64,000 nt of DNA, from positions 964 to 64,963 of the forward strand of contig CALHBL010000147.1 of NCBI GenBank assembly GCA_937930825.1, in the 5' to 3' direction. Shown here piece after piece: positions 45,871 to 55,200 of this stretch. Under the pieces are notes generated by a model that was given only the letters and a program-made list of their open reading frames with translations, had not been told where the DNA came from and searched no databases. Source of the stretch: an uncultured Bacteriovoracaceae bacterium. Its GTDB lineage: Bacteria > Bdellovibrionota > Bacteriovoracia > Bacteriovoracales > Bacteriovoracaceae. A program made the translations under genes and the position numbers. The first letter of the stretch is position 1. The number at the start of each line of letters is the position of its first letter.

Positions 45871-47448
45871 ATGTTTAAGTACTCACAAAGAATAAATTTT
45901 TTAATTTTTGCAGTCTTTACCATCATTTTATATTTCCCAGTATTAGTCTCTAACTTTGTTGGAGACATAGATACATATCTCGTCTCTGAGCTCAAAGATA
46001 TATTATCTTTGTCAGAATATATTTCTGCCTGGAGGGATTCTAAAATACATGACATACAGCCTATTCGAGACATATCTCTACTCTTTGATAGGGAGATGAC
46101 TCAACTAACTGGGATCAGCTCTTATCAATACACAAGCCTCTTTATTTGGCTTATTACAACATTCATAATTTACAAGACAGTTCTTGCCATTTCAACACTT
46201 TCATCTTTGAACACATCACTCCTATTTCTTTTATTCATTTCCCATCCACTATACGTTAAAAGTGTAAGTTACATTGGACTGAGAAAGCATTTGCTTGCTT
46301 TCTTATTTGGTGCACTCTTCATAAAGACCATATTAGTAGAAAGTAAATCTAGGTTTTCAAAATTTCATTTAGCTCTCTTCCACACTCTTTCATTGCTTTC
46401 ACAGCCCATAAATATATTTCTACCAATTTGGTCAACTTACTATTCAAAATATATAATGAATAAATCCTATAAGGAAACCCTCAAAACGTTCGCCATTCCT
46501 ATACTTCTTTCACTCTTCTTAGGAGTGTTCAATTTATGGTGGTATCTGGATGTTTCACAAGTAGATTCTGGCGTTTCAAAGTACATGCCTGGTAACTCCA
46601 TTGCAGATAGAGTATTGGCAATAGGTCGGTACTTTTCTTTTTTCTTTATACCAATAAATTTCTCTATATTTTATGGCAAAGAATCTATACTATGCCTTCT
46701 TGGTATTTTCATTGGTCCTTCCTATTTTTATTTAGTATATAAATACGTCAATAAAGAAAAGTTCTACTCTTTTTTATTGCTCTTCCTTTTTTCGATAGCT
46801 CCAGTTGTCATACAGATGTTTGAAACTTTTGTGAGTGATTCTTATTTCTTGATGGGGTCTTATTGCTTATTCTTAACTCTTTTTTACACATTAAAGAAAC
46901 TTTCCACACAAAAGGGCTTCACAATATTCTTAGGTATTATTGTGGCCATACTTACTACTCAATCCTTCAGTCTAATTAAACAGATTACCAATAAAGATAC
47001 GCATATTGAAGCTGCTTACTTTAATGATAAAAATTGTGTCAACCTTTACTACTATGTAAACCATTTATTCAATAATCGAAATTTCAAAGAAGGCGCTGAG
47101 CGAGGCACAGAACTGATTTACAGAAAGTGCATCTGGACTGCAAAGAAATATCACCATGAGTTTATAAGAACACTTTCCAATATTCACCTATTCACAGACC
47201 TTAAGCCAGAAATAAAAGAGCGCAAGCTTAAGGAGTTTTCCAAGGTAAGCTACTACAACAAGCTAAATCTAGCACTTTACTATTTTACAGCAAAGAGATT
47301 TGACGACTTCTTAACTATTACCAACGAAGGAATCAAGAATAGAGTCACCGTTGATAAGGAGGATATTATTGTTCAAGAAATTTCAAGGGAGTGTGATGAG
47401 ATAAATCATCCCTATTGCAAAAACTTCAAAACCCTACTGAGAAACTAA
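45871..47448 (+). CDS. Polytopic membrane protein with a helical (TPR-like) C-terminal domain, possibly a GT-C-type glycosyltransferase
   Basis: About 11 TM helices, then a ~130-aa soluble tail. Context is a glycosylation cluster. ATG 45871 has the better SD spacing. Confidence 0.4.
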   Translation: MFKYSQRINFLIFAVFTIILYFPVLVSNFVGDIDTYLVSELKDILSLSEYISAWRDSKIHDIQPIRDISLLFDREMTQLTGISSYQYTSLFIWLITTFIIYKTVLAISTLSSLNTSLLFLLFISHPLYVKSVSYIGLRKHLLAFLFGALFIKTILVESKSRFSKFHLALFHTLSLLSQPINIFLPIWSTYYSKYIMNKSYKETLKTFAIPILLSLFLGVFNLWWYLDVSQVDSGVSKYMPGNSIADRVLAIGRYFSFFFIPINFSIFYGKESILCLLGIFIGPSYFYLVYKYVNKEKFYSFLLLFLFSIAPVVIQMFETFVSDSYFLMGSYCLFLTLFYTLKKLSTQKGFTIFLGIIVAILTTQSFSLIKQITNKDTHIEAAYFNDKNCVNLYYYVNHLFNNRNFKEGAERGTELIYRKCIWTAKKYHHEFIRTLSNIHLFTDLKPEIKERKLKEFSKVSYYNKLNLALYYFTAKRFDDFLTITNEGIKNRVTVDKEDIIVQEISRECDEINHPYCKNFKTLLRN

Positions 47449-47570
47449 TATAGTCCTCCTGCTTGAGTTTTAAAGTTTTGAAAACTCACTTTAAGACTTG
47501 TATACCAGAATGGTACTAAGACGCAAGCAACTCGCTATTAGGCGAGTTACCTGAACACCCTAGGCGCAAC
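47449..47570 (+). repeat. R-family repeat, copy R6
   Basis: TATAGTCCTCCTGCTTGAGTTTTAAAGTTTTGAAAACTCACTTTAAGACTTGTATACCAGAATGGTACTAAG... starts immediately after the TAA stop at 47446-47448. Confidence 0.85.
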
Positions 47571-48854
47571 CCGCTTACACAAACCAATCAAAGAGGCCGC
47601 AAACAAGACATACAAAGGAAGGTGCCCCGGGGCATTATACATAAAGTAACCTGAGTGCACGAGAATAGGAGGAGCAGCAAGAGGCAAAAGGCCTACCACC
47701 ACAATGTAAACCTTCAAACTTAATCCTTGAGTTACACCAACGAAAATAATTATCATCGAAGCCCATTTAAACAAGTCATTCCAAAAAGAATCCACTATAT
47801 AACTGTCACTGCGAAGGTCTAACCATGGATTTAAGTTTAGAAACCTGCTAATCCTGCGAAAAACCAATTGAAGAATTCCCAAAGGATACTTTTTTACGAT
47901 TTTTAAAAAATCTTCCCTTAAAATTTCTTCATGCCTCACGCCGTAAGTAGAGACACTTGGATTTTTGATATTAACAATTTTAAACTGAGTTTTGTCATGC
48001 CACCTTGACAAGTATTCACTGTTATTAGGAATTTCATTTTCATCTACAAAGTATGGATATGTATTTCCTTCTCTGTCCAAGTGCCCGCCCCACTCATAGA
48101 GGCCGGCATGTAAAGGATGCCAGACCGAATGAGATCTCTTGCCAGCAAATGACGAAATTAACAACTGACAAAGAATTGCTCCAAAAAACGAGTAAGTTAA
48201 AATCCTTCTAACCCTGCCAAGGCGCTCAGCTGGGACAAGCTTTGAGGAGAAGAAAAGTGTCACCAAGACTATAAAAAAAGAGTAGATTGAAGAACTTCTA
48301 AAGAGGTTAAATACTATAATTCCTAAAGTAAATATTGCCACTTTAAAACTGTTAATTTTTTTTCCACGCAACACTTCGTCAGCGATCCCAAGAGCGAGTA
48401 CACCCGCATAAAAAGGAAACATATATATATCTCCTACGTGAGAAATCAGTCCAATGTTTGAGCTACCAAGAATCAGGCCACCTATCAAATACGACATTGT
48501 AGGACTGAATAGACTTCTTGTTGAGGAAAACAGAATCAGCATGATTGAGCAGAATATTATAGTATGAATAAAGAAATAACTTTTTGGAATTTCTAATTTT
48601 TTCGCTGAAGAAAGCTCTTCTTTAGCGTAGCTATAATAATAGCTTACTGCCATCAACATTCTGGCACCATAATCATCATCATAGTTTATTCTATTAACAG
48701 AAACATTATTCCATTCCAAGGCAATGGATCTCGCATTATATGATGTCGCACCCATCCTATACGAAATAAATCTTGATGAACTTATCTTAGAGTAAAAAAA
48801 TATTGAGAATGATATCATTAAAAGAGATAAATATAATGAAAGCCTGCTCATCAC
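47547..48854 (-). CDS. Polytopic membrane protein of unknown function (glycan-cluster associated)
   Basis: 435 aa, more than 10 TM helices. 4-nt overlap with the upstream GT2-like gene. The last codons lie in repeat R6. Confidence 0.45.
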   Translation of the reverse strand: MMSRLSLYLSLLMISFSIFFYSKISSSRFISYRMGATSYNARSIALEWNNVSVNRINYDDDYGARMLMAVSYYYSYAKEELSSAKKLEIPKSYFFIHTIIFCSIMLILFSSTRSLFSPTMSYLIGGLILGSSNIGLISHVGDIYMFPFYAGVLALGIADEVLRGKKINSFKVAIFTLGIIVFNLFRSSSIYSFFIVLVTLFFSSKLVPAERLGRVRRILTYSFFGAILCQLLISSFAGKRSHSVWHPLHAGLYEWGGHLDREGNTYPYFVDENEIPNNSEYLSRWHDKTQFKIVNIKNPSVSTYGVRHEEILREDFLKIVKKYPLGILQLVFRRISRFLNLNPWLDLRSDSYIVDSFWNDLFKWASMIIIFVGVTQGLSLKVYIVVVGLLPLAAPPILVHSGYFMYNAPGHLPLYVLFAASLIGLCKRVAPRVFR

Positions 48855-49552
48855 ATTCTTCTTCTTAATTTCAATAATTCATGCATAAAGCTCAAACCAA
48901 GGTTAATTACCATTACATTAGACTTCAATTTTAAGTCCCTAAAAACAACTGGGAGCTCAATAACATTAGCACCTCTTTTAATCGCAAGCATTATCATCTC
49001 TACAGAAAAAAAATATCCTCCTGAACAAACACTCTCAACCAACTCTTTTGCAAGAATCTTATCAATAATTATTGTTCCCTGAGAATCTTTTGGTGACTTC
49101 TTTCCTAGAAGTAATCTTCTCAACAAATAAAATATTTTTGAATATAGTCGCCTTAATAATGAATACCCTTCCATCACGGAGTTTTCATGAGCCTTAGAGC
49201 CGATACACACTCTATACTTTTCCCTTTCAAGGACAGTTAGATTGTTAAATGATTCAATATCTGTAAAACCGAAAGGCAAATCACTTGCGGATAATATAAT
49301 CTTTTCACTAGATGCATTGATTATTCCCAGCTTATAACCCTCGCCAAGCCCCTTTTTTTCTGTATGAAGTAATTTAAATAGACCGATTTCTTTATCAAAA
49401 ATCTCCTCTATCTCTGCCCTAACGAAGTTACCTCCATTGTGACACAGCATCACCTCCGTAATTTTATATTTTACAGCATTCTCGGCAATGAGTGTAATTG
49501 TGTCCTCAAGCCTTTCGACATCGCAAGAAAAAGGAATAACCAAACAAAACAT
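48851..49552 (-). CDS. GT2-like glycosyltransferase
   Basis: KKGLGEGYKLGIINASSEKIILSASDLPF resembles the GT2 GKG...DAD region. 233 aa. Confidence 0.5.
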   Translation of the reverse strand: MFCLVIPFSCDVERLEDTITLIAENAVKYKITEVMLCHNGGNFVRAEIEEIFDKEIGLFKLLHTEKKGLGEGYKLGIINASSEKIILSASDLPFGFTDIESFNNLTVLEREKYRVCIGSKAHENSVMEGYSLLRRLYSKIFYLLRRLLLGKKSPKDSQGTIIIDKILAKELVESVCSGGYFFSVEMIMLAIKRGANVIELPVVFRDLKLKSNVMVINLGLSFMHELLKLRRRM

Positions 49553-49575
49553 TGTTAAAGTATATTTTCATTCAC

Positions 49576-50049
49576 CTAAACAAACAAGCTGAATGGAGAG
49601 ATTCGAATCCACCGTGGAACAGGCGAAGATTCGAGAGTGAGGAGTTCAAGCTTGTTTTTGAATAATGAATTTTGCAAAAAAAATGGCGAAAATGGCTTCG
49701 CCTGACTCCATGTATTTTCATTAATAAATCTAGCTGAATTACATTGAAATATCGAGGTAATAGCCACAATTGTACATGAGAATGCCTTCATCCCTATACC
49801 CACCACCATACAGCCCCTGATGTTAGGAAAGTTTTCACCTGGAGCAGTCAGTCTAGTTGAACAAAAATATCCACTATATACAAAGTCCAAAGCGATATTA
49901 ACCAAAATAAGTGTAAGGCTTGGTCGCTGGGCAAGCTTCACCACAGGACCAAATACATAGTTCGCGATAATCATAATTATTATCCTATCTAGAATCGCTG
50001 CTACAATTCTTTTACCCGAAGGTGCCAAACTATTTGAGTTCAGCTTCAT
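49576..50049 (-). CDS. RDD-family membrane protein, with its 3' end apparently replaced by repeat-derived sequence
   Basis: N-terminal GKRIVAAILDRIIIMII is RDD-like. Roughly the last 35-40 codons are encoded by the tRNA-Ser-derived repeat D1 and adjoining sequence. Confidence 0.45.
   Translation of the reverse strand: MKLNSNSLAPSGKRIVAAILDRIIIMIIANYVFGPVVKLAQRPSLTLILVNIALDFVYSGYFCSTRLTAPGENFPNIRGCMVVGIGMKAFSCTIVAITSIFQCNSARFINENTWSQAKPFSPFFLQNSLFKNKLELLTLESSPVPRWIRISPFSLFV
49596..49694 (-). repeat. tRNA-Ser-derived direct repeat D1
   Basis: GAGAGATTCGAATCCACCGTGGAACAGGCGAAGATTCGAGAGTGAGGAGTTCAAGCTTG...TGGCGAAAATGG is collinear with 51905-52004. Confidence 0.8.
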
Positions 50050-50163
50050 CTTTATTTTCCTTTAAGTACTCATTTAAAATTGACTTCTGCTCATTATCAG
50101 ATGTCATAAAATCCACTTTTCAAATACAATAATAAGAAACAATTATCAAACTGGTAGATAATT

Positions 50164-51873
50164 ATGACAAAGCTTGAAGATGTACTAAAAGACTTCGATA
50201 GACGCCTAAGCTCTATAGAAAAACAACTTTCAAAAATACACCAATCAGATCCTCCCATTACTAACATAAATAAAAATGTGTCCATTGCTTCAAGAGATCA
50301 ACAAAAGACTGAATCAAAAAGTAATATTTCAAAACCCATTAATACAAGTTTTCAACATAAGAAACCAGTTAATGACTCATCAATTGATTCGTCTTCTGTA
50401 TTAGCAATTATTGGAATCATTTTTGTAATTCTAGCAGGTGTCTTTTTTATAAAAATTACCATTGATTCGGGATGGCTTACTCCAATTCGTCAAATTTTAT
50501 TAGCAACAGGAACAGGCTTAGTTTTTTTCATCATTCCACAGTTTTTTCCTAAAGCTGAAAAGGAGTATGGAGCTCTCCTGGCTGGAGCAGGTACGACAAT
50601 TCTACACTTAACTTGGCTAGGAGCTTATTTTTATCACCATATTTTAAATGCTAACTCAGCACTTATATGTGCTACCTTAGTTGGTATATTTTCAATTTTC
50701 GCTAACTTTAATAAAGGTAACCGTGCTTATATTTTAGTTGCAATGGCGGGAACTTATTTATCAGCACCTATAATTGGTTACAATACTGGTGAACTCTCTG
50801 TGCTTTCTGTTTTTCTAATTATTTGGAACATATCCTTCTCTGCCACTTCTTTAGTTAATAAACGTCGTGATATCATGCTCATTGCTAGTTACTATGCCGT
50901 ATTTACCGTTTTATTATTATCAGAAAAAGCATCTGGCTATAATCAGCAAAGCGATCTATTAATTTTACAACTTATCCAGTTCGTAATTTTCTCATCTGCA
51001 ATGACTACTTATTCTGTTTACCACAAAAGCCCTTTTTCTTCGGACGAAAGCGTCGCTTTACTACCTTTACTACTACTATTTTACTTTTCTACAGGACACT
51101 TAATCTCCTCTATTAATCCTAGTTTTGCTCCATGGTTTGGAATAACTATTGGTGGACTTGTCTTAGGAATTTATTTATTTGCGAAATCTTACCTTAAAAG
51201 TGACATCAAAAGTGGACCTCCATTAACTGCTTTCTCTGCAATTACTTTTGTTCATAGCTTTTACTTCCAGTTACTAAGTGAGTCAGTCAAACCTCTTGCT
51301 GCCTTGATCATTGGAGTTATCATAATGGCGATATGGAGCCAGAGTGAAAAAGCTAGAAAGCAGTTTTTTTGGCCTTTAATGGTTCTTTTTTCAACCTTTG
51401 TTTACGGCGCAATTTTGACAATTATATTAACGAAATCAATAGGAGAGATTTATTTATATAACTGGGCATATGGAGTTTTTGCATTAGTTGCTGTAGTTAA
51501 ACTGGCTTCAAACAAGAATATTGAATCTGACACAATAAAGTATTCACCCCTACTTCTAGGGTTTGGACACCTTCAAGTAATGTTAGGTCTATACAGGTTT
51601 TCACAGCAAATATCCTGGTCAGGAGCTCTTTTTGTAACTATCACTTGGGGTGTTTATGCTGCGATCATTCTTTCAATTTCTTACTGGCGTCGAGATAAAA
51701 CTCTAGGTAATTCAGCTCTGACTATTTTACTGGCAGTAAGCTTAAAAGCATTCTTTTATGACTTAACTAATACAAGTAACCTTATTCGAGTGGGCTGCCT
51801 TTTAGCTGAAGGTCTTCTGCTGTATTGCTGTGGTTGGATCTTTAAGAAAATGCAGCAATGGGATGAAAATTAA
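50164..51873 (+). CDS. DUF2339-type polytopic membrane protein
   Basis: N-terminal coiled segment (LEDVLKDFDRRLSSIEKQL), a spacer, then ~15 TM helices, which is the characteristic DUF2339 layout. Confidence 0.6.
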   Translation: MTKLEDVLKDFDRRLSSIEKQLSKIHQSDPPITNINKNVSIASRDQQKTESKSNISKPINTSFQHKKPVNDSSIDSSSVLAIIGIIFVILAGVFFIKITIDSGWLTPIRQILLATGTGLVFFIIPQFFPKAEKEYGALLAGAGTTILHLTWLGAYFYHHILNANSALICATLVGIFSIFANFNKGNRAYILVAMAGTYLSAPIIGYNTGELSVLSVFLIIWNISFSATSLVNKRRDIMLIASYYAVFTVLLLSEKASGYNQQSDLLILQLIQFVIFSSAMTTYSVYHKSPFSSDESVALLPLLLLFYFSTGHLISSINPSFAPWFGITIGGLVLGIYLFAKSYLKSDIKSGPPLTAFSAITFVHSFYFQLLSESVKPLAALIIGVIIMAIWSQSEKARKQFFWPLMVLFSTFVYGAILTIILTKSIGEIYLYNWAYGVFALVAVVKLASNKNIESDTIKYSPLLLGFGHLQVMLGLYRFSQQISWSGALFVTITWGVYAAIILSISYWRRDKTLGNSALTILLAVSLKAFFYDLTNTSNLIRVGCLLAEGLLLYCCGWIFKKMQQWDEN

Positions 51874-51904
51874 AAATTTTGCGACGAACTTTTAAAATTT
51901 TTAA

Positions 51905-52004
51905 GAGAGATTCGAGCCCACCGTGGAACGGGCGAGGATTCGAGAATGAGGAGTTCAAGCTTGTTTTAGAATATAGAATTTAGCGGAAAAAATGGCGGAG
52001 ATGG
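51905..52004 (-). repeat. tRNA-Ser-derived direct repeat D2 (overlaps the 3' 12 nt of tRNA-Ser GCU)
   Basis: GAGAGATTCGAGCCCACCGTGGAACGGGCGAGGATTCGAGAATGAGGAGTTCAAGCTTG...TGGCGGAGATGG. Its start mimics the tRNA T-arm string GGAGAGATTCGAA. Confidence 0.8.
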
Positions 52005-52085
52005 AGAGATTCGAACTCTCGGAACGGTCAGACCGTTCGACACCTTAGCAAGGTGCTCCCTTCGACCACTCGGGCACATCTCCGC
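51993..52085 (-). tRNA. tRNA-Ser (anticodon GCU), CCA encoded
   Basis: Hand fold: acceptor GCGGAGA/TCTCCGC, anticodon arm GCACC-TTGCTAA-GGTGT, long variable arm, T-arm GAGAG-TTCGAAT-CTCTC. 93 nt. Confidence 0.9.
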
Positions 52086-52103
52086 ATTTTGTAAGGAAAA
52101 AAG

Positions 52104-52191
52104 TGGCGGAGGACACAGGATTCGAACCTGCGGACCCGTTAAGGTCAATGGTTTTCAAAACCACCGCTTTCGACCACTCAGCCAATCCTCC
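52104..52191 (-). tRNA. tRNA-Ser (anticodon UGA), CCA encoded
   Basis: Hand fold: acceptor GGAGGAT/GTCCTCC, anticodon arm GTGGT-TTTGAAA-ACCAT, long variable arm, T-arm GCAGG-TTCGAAT-CCTGT. 88 nt. Confidence 0.9.
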
Positions 52192-52244
52192 ACGAAGGGT
52201 TAATATAAGGCCAGTTTTGTAAAAAGACAATAACCCATCCAAAT

Positions 52245-55200
52245 TTACCTAGATAAGGTCATGATTTGATTCTTTATTTTTGCTTGATCTGGCGCATTAG
52301 GAAATAACTTTAAATAGGTTCGAAACTCTTCAATGGCCAAGCTGCCCTGCCCAATTCCTTGGTAGATGAAGGCGAGCTGCTTGCGTATCATAGGATTGCT
52401 AGGAGCTTTCTTTTTTGCTCGTAAATAGAGCTCTCTAGCTATGTCATAGCGACTTTGGTTCAACTTAATCCAGCCCAAGGACATTAATGACTCAACATTT
52501 CTTGGTTGAATTTGGATTGCCTTTTCTAGATTCTTCGTTGATTCTGTGTATTCTCCAATAAGCCGTTGAGTTTCTCCTAGGACATAGTGGCCGTGATAGA
52601 TTTTCGGGTTATTCTCAATTTCTTTCTTACCAGCTGCTATAGCTTCTTTGTATTTCTTCATTTTCAAATAAACTTTTGCCTTTAAGTAATAAACTTGGGG
52701 GTAGGTCGAAAGTCTCTTTGTAACTCCATCAAGAGCAATTAAAGCTTCACCATATCTCCTAAGATCTGCCAGGGTACTGCCAAGTAAAAGTCTAGTTTTT
52801 ACATCCCCAGGATTAATCTCAATTAAGGCTTTAGCATTGGTTACTATATCTACATTTTTTTCCTCTATTTGTGCCGCTCTAATTAAGAACTCATAGAAAG
52901 CAGGGTCGCTACTACGAAGTTTTTCTACTTTGTTTTTAACTTCCTTAAATTGAGCAAGTTGGCCATTTCTATAGAAGAGCGTAGCAATATCACCCATTAA
53001 CCTTGGGTTATCCGCATTCTTGTCTAACTCAGTTTGAAGGTAACCAATAGCTGCCTCGGCCCCATCAAGCTCATACAAAATTTCAGCATAGAGAGACTTA
53101 TAATCTATATTCAACGGATCCAAAGTCATCGCCTCTGCTAACTTAGATTTACTTTCTTTGTATTGCCTTGTCCTAGAGTATATTTTTGCCATTAGAAAAT
53201 AGTCCTCATCTCTTAACGGGTTTTGACCTACAGATTGACTAAGCATTCTAATTGCAAGATGCCTCTTACCACTCAATGCGTAGAAATGGCCCACTGTTGA
53301 GCTGTAGAGTGGATGATTTCTTAAGGGAGAATTACTTATTATATTCACATGAGACTGAGCCTCCTTCATCTTATTAGATTCTGATAATGCCTTAACCAAG
53401 AGAAAGTTTACACCAGGGTGAGTTGGAAATTCTTTTTTCAAAAAAGCTAAAGTATTAATAGCTGACTCGTAGAAGCCTCTAAGAATTTGCAGGTTAACAA
53501 GATGAAGATTTGCAGGTAAAAAACGATTTTCTAAATCGACGGCCTCTATGGCAACCTGAAATGCTTCACGCCATTTTCTTTCTCTTGTTAATTTTTTAGA
53601 TGTTCTAATTAGGTCGATCGCCTTAGACTCTAAAATCAGCTTTTCAGCAATTTCTCCTCCACCGATCTCCAAGCTGGCTAACTTAGATCTCAAGCTGTCA
53701 GTATCATGAATCTTAAGCGCTTTTTGAAATAAAGCTGCTGCGGTTTTAACATCTTTATTAAATGCACTTAGAATACCTACATTTTCTAAGTATTCAGCAT
53801 AGAATGAAGGTGCTCCTTCATATCTAAGCTTTTCAATCTTTTTAAGAGTACTAGCATAGTTTTTAAAATCTTCATCTCTTAAAAGGTAGCGAGAGAGATC
53901 AAGCATAAGAGCAACACTTGATGGAAACTTCTTAAGAGCTGACAAAGTAACCTCTTTGCCTTTTTCATACTGTTCATCAAGAGTATAGTATTTAGACATC
54001 GCCAAATATGCCTCTAGTGGTTGATTAGGAATTGTTTTTAGCTTATCAAGTACTTTCTTTGCCTTTACAAGATCTCCAGTTTCAATTGATAGATCAAGGT
54101 AAAGCGACAAGAGCTTCAGAGATGGTTTCGCAACTCTTAAATAGTTTTCGATCAAATTAAGAGCGGAGTATACTTTCCCATTATTTCTATAAAAAAGCGC
54201 CGTTCCTATTGCTACATTTAAATCTTTAAAAATTTTGGATCTCGTAATTTTAATAAGATTAAATAGAATTGCAGCGCCTTTCGATTGGTTAGCTACATTA
54301 TTAAAAAGCTCACCGTAGGTAAGAATCAAGAAACCAAGTGCTGGATTATCTGTGAATTTAAATTCTGCCGATTTTAAAAAATGTGAACTTGCTCTTAACT
54401 TACCTAAATAGGTACCGACTCTATAATTTTTCAATCCCAGTTTAAAATGTTTCTCTGCCTTAGCAGGCTGCATAACCTCATAGGTTCTTGGCCCGCTTAT
54501 AGATAAATACTGAGGTTTAAATACCTTTACTTCTTCTGGCTTATCATCAAATAAAGTGAGGTAAAGTATAGCGATGATCACGATTGCCAGAATAGGGGAC
54601 AGCTTCTTTTTCTTTTCTATATCATCTTCTGATTCAGCACTCTCTTTCTTTGGTTTTCCACTCTTTTCTATTTTATTTTCACGCTCTTCTTTAGCTATTT
54701 GCTTTTCCAGACTATTTGTTTCCGCCTTCAATTCAACTAAAGCATGCTTGTCAACAACCTTAGTCGACTCATTGAAGTCAATATCTTCAGGAGCATCCTC
54801 TAGCGCAGCTTTTTCTTCAGCTTCTTTTTTCAGCTCTTCTTCACGTATCAGCCTAGCCTTTAGTTCCTCTTGCTCTTTGAAAAGTCTAAGTGCATCTTGA
54901 TTGACGACAGTTTTAATCTCATCATCAGATTCTACTGGAGCTTTAAGTGGATTTTTAAGAACAACAGTCTTATCTATTTTTTCTTCTTCAACCTTTCTCT
55001 TTTCAGCTTCAATACGCTCCAGTTCTTCATTTCTAATTCTTTCTTCAGCTTCAGCTTCTTCGATAACTTTATATTTCTCTTCCAATTTATCGTAATCGAC
55101 TATTTCAGATTTTTCCTCTTTAGAGAATTTAAACTCTTTGTGTAATTCTTTCTTATGTTGCTTCTCTAGCTCCTCTAATTCTTTTATTTTTTCTAATTTT

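Noticed and set aside
49572-49769. 65-aa ORF and the 50097-50285 62-aa ORF
   Set aside because: The first overlaps the RDD ORF and the D1 repeat in another frame. The second is antisense to the start of the DUF2339 gene. Neither has coding features.
51966-52242. Two ORFs (60 and 65 aa) on the minus strand
   Set aside because: They are translations across the two tRNA-Ser genes.
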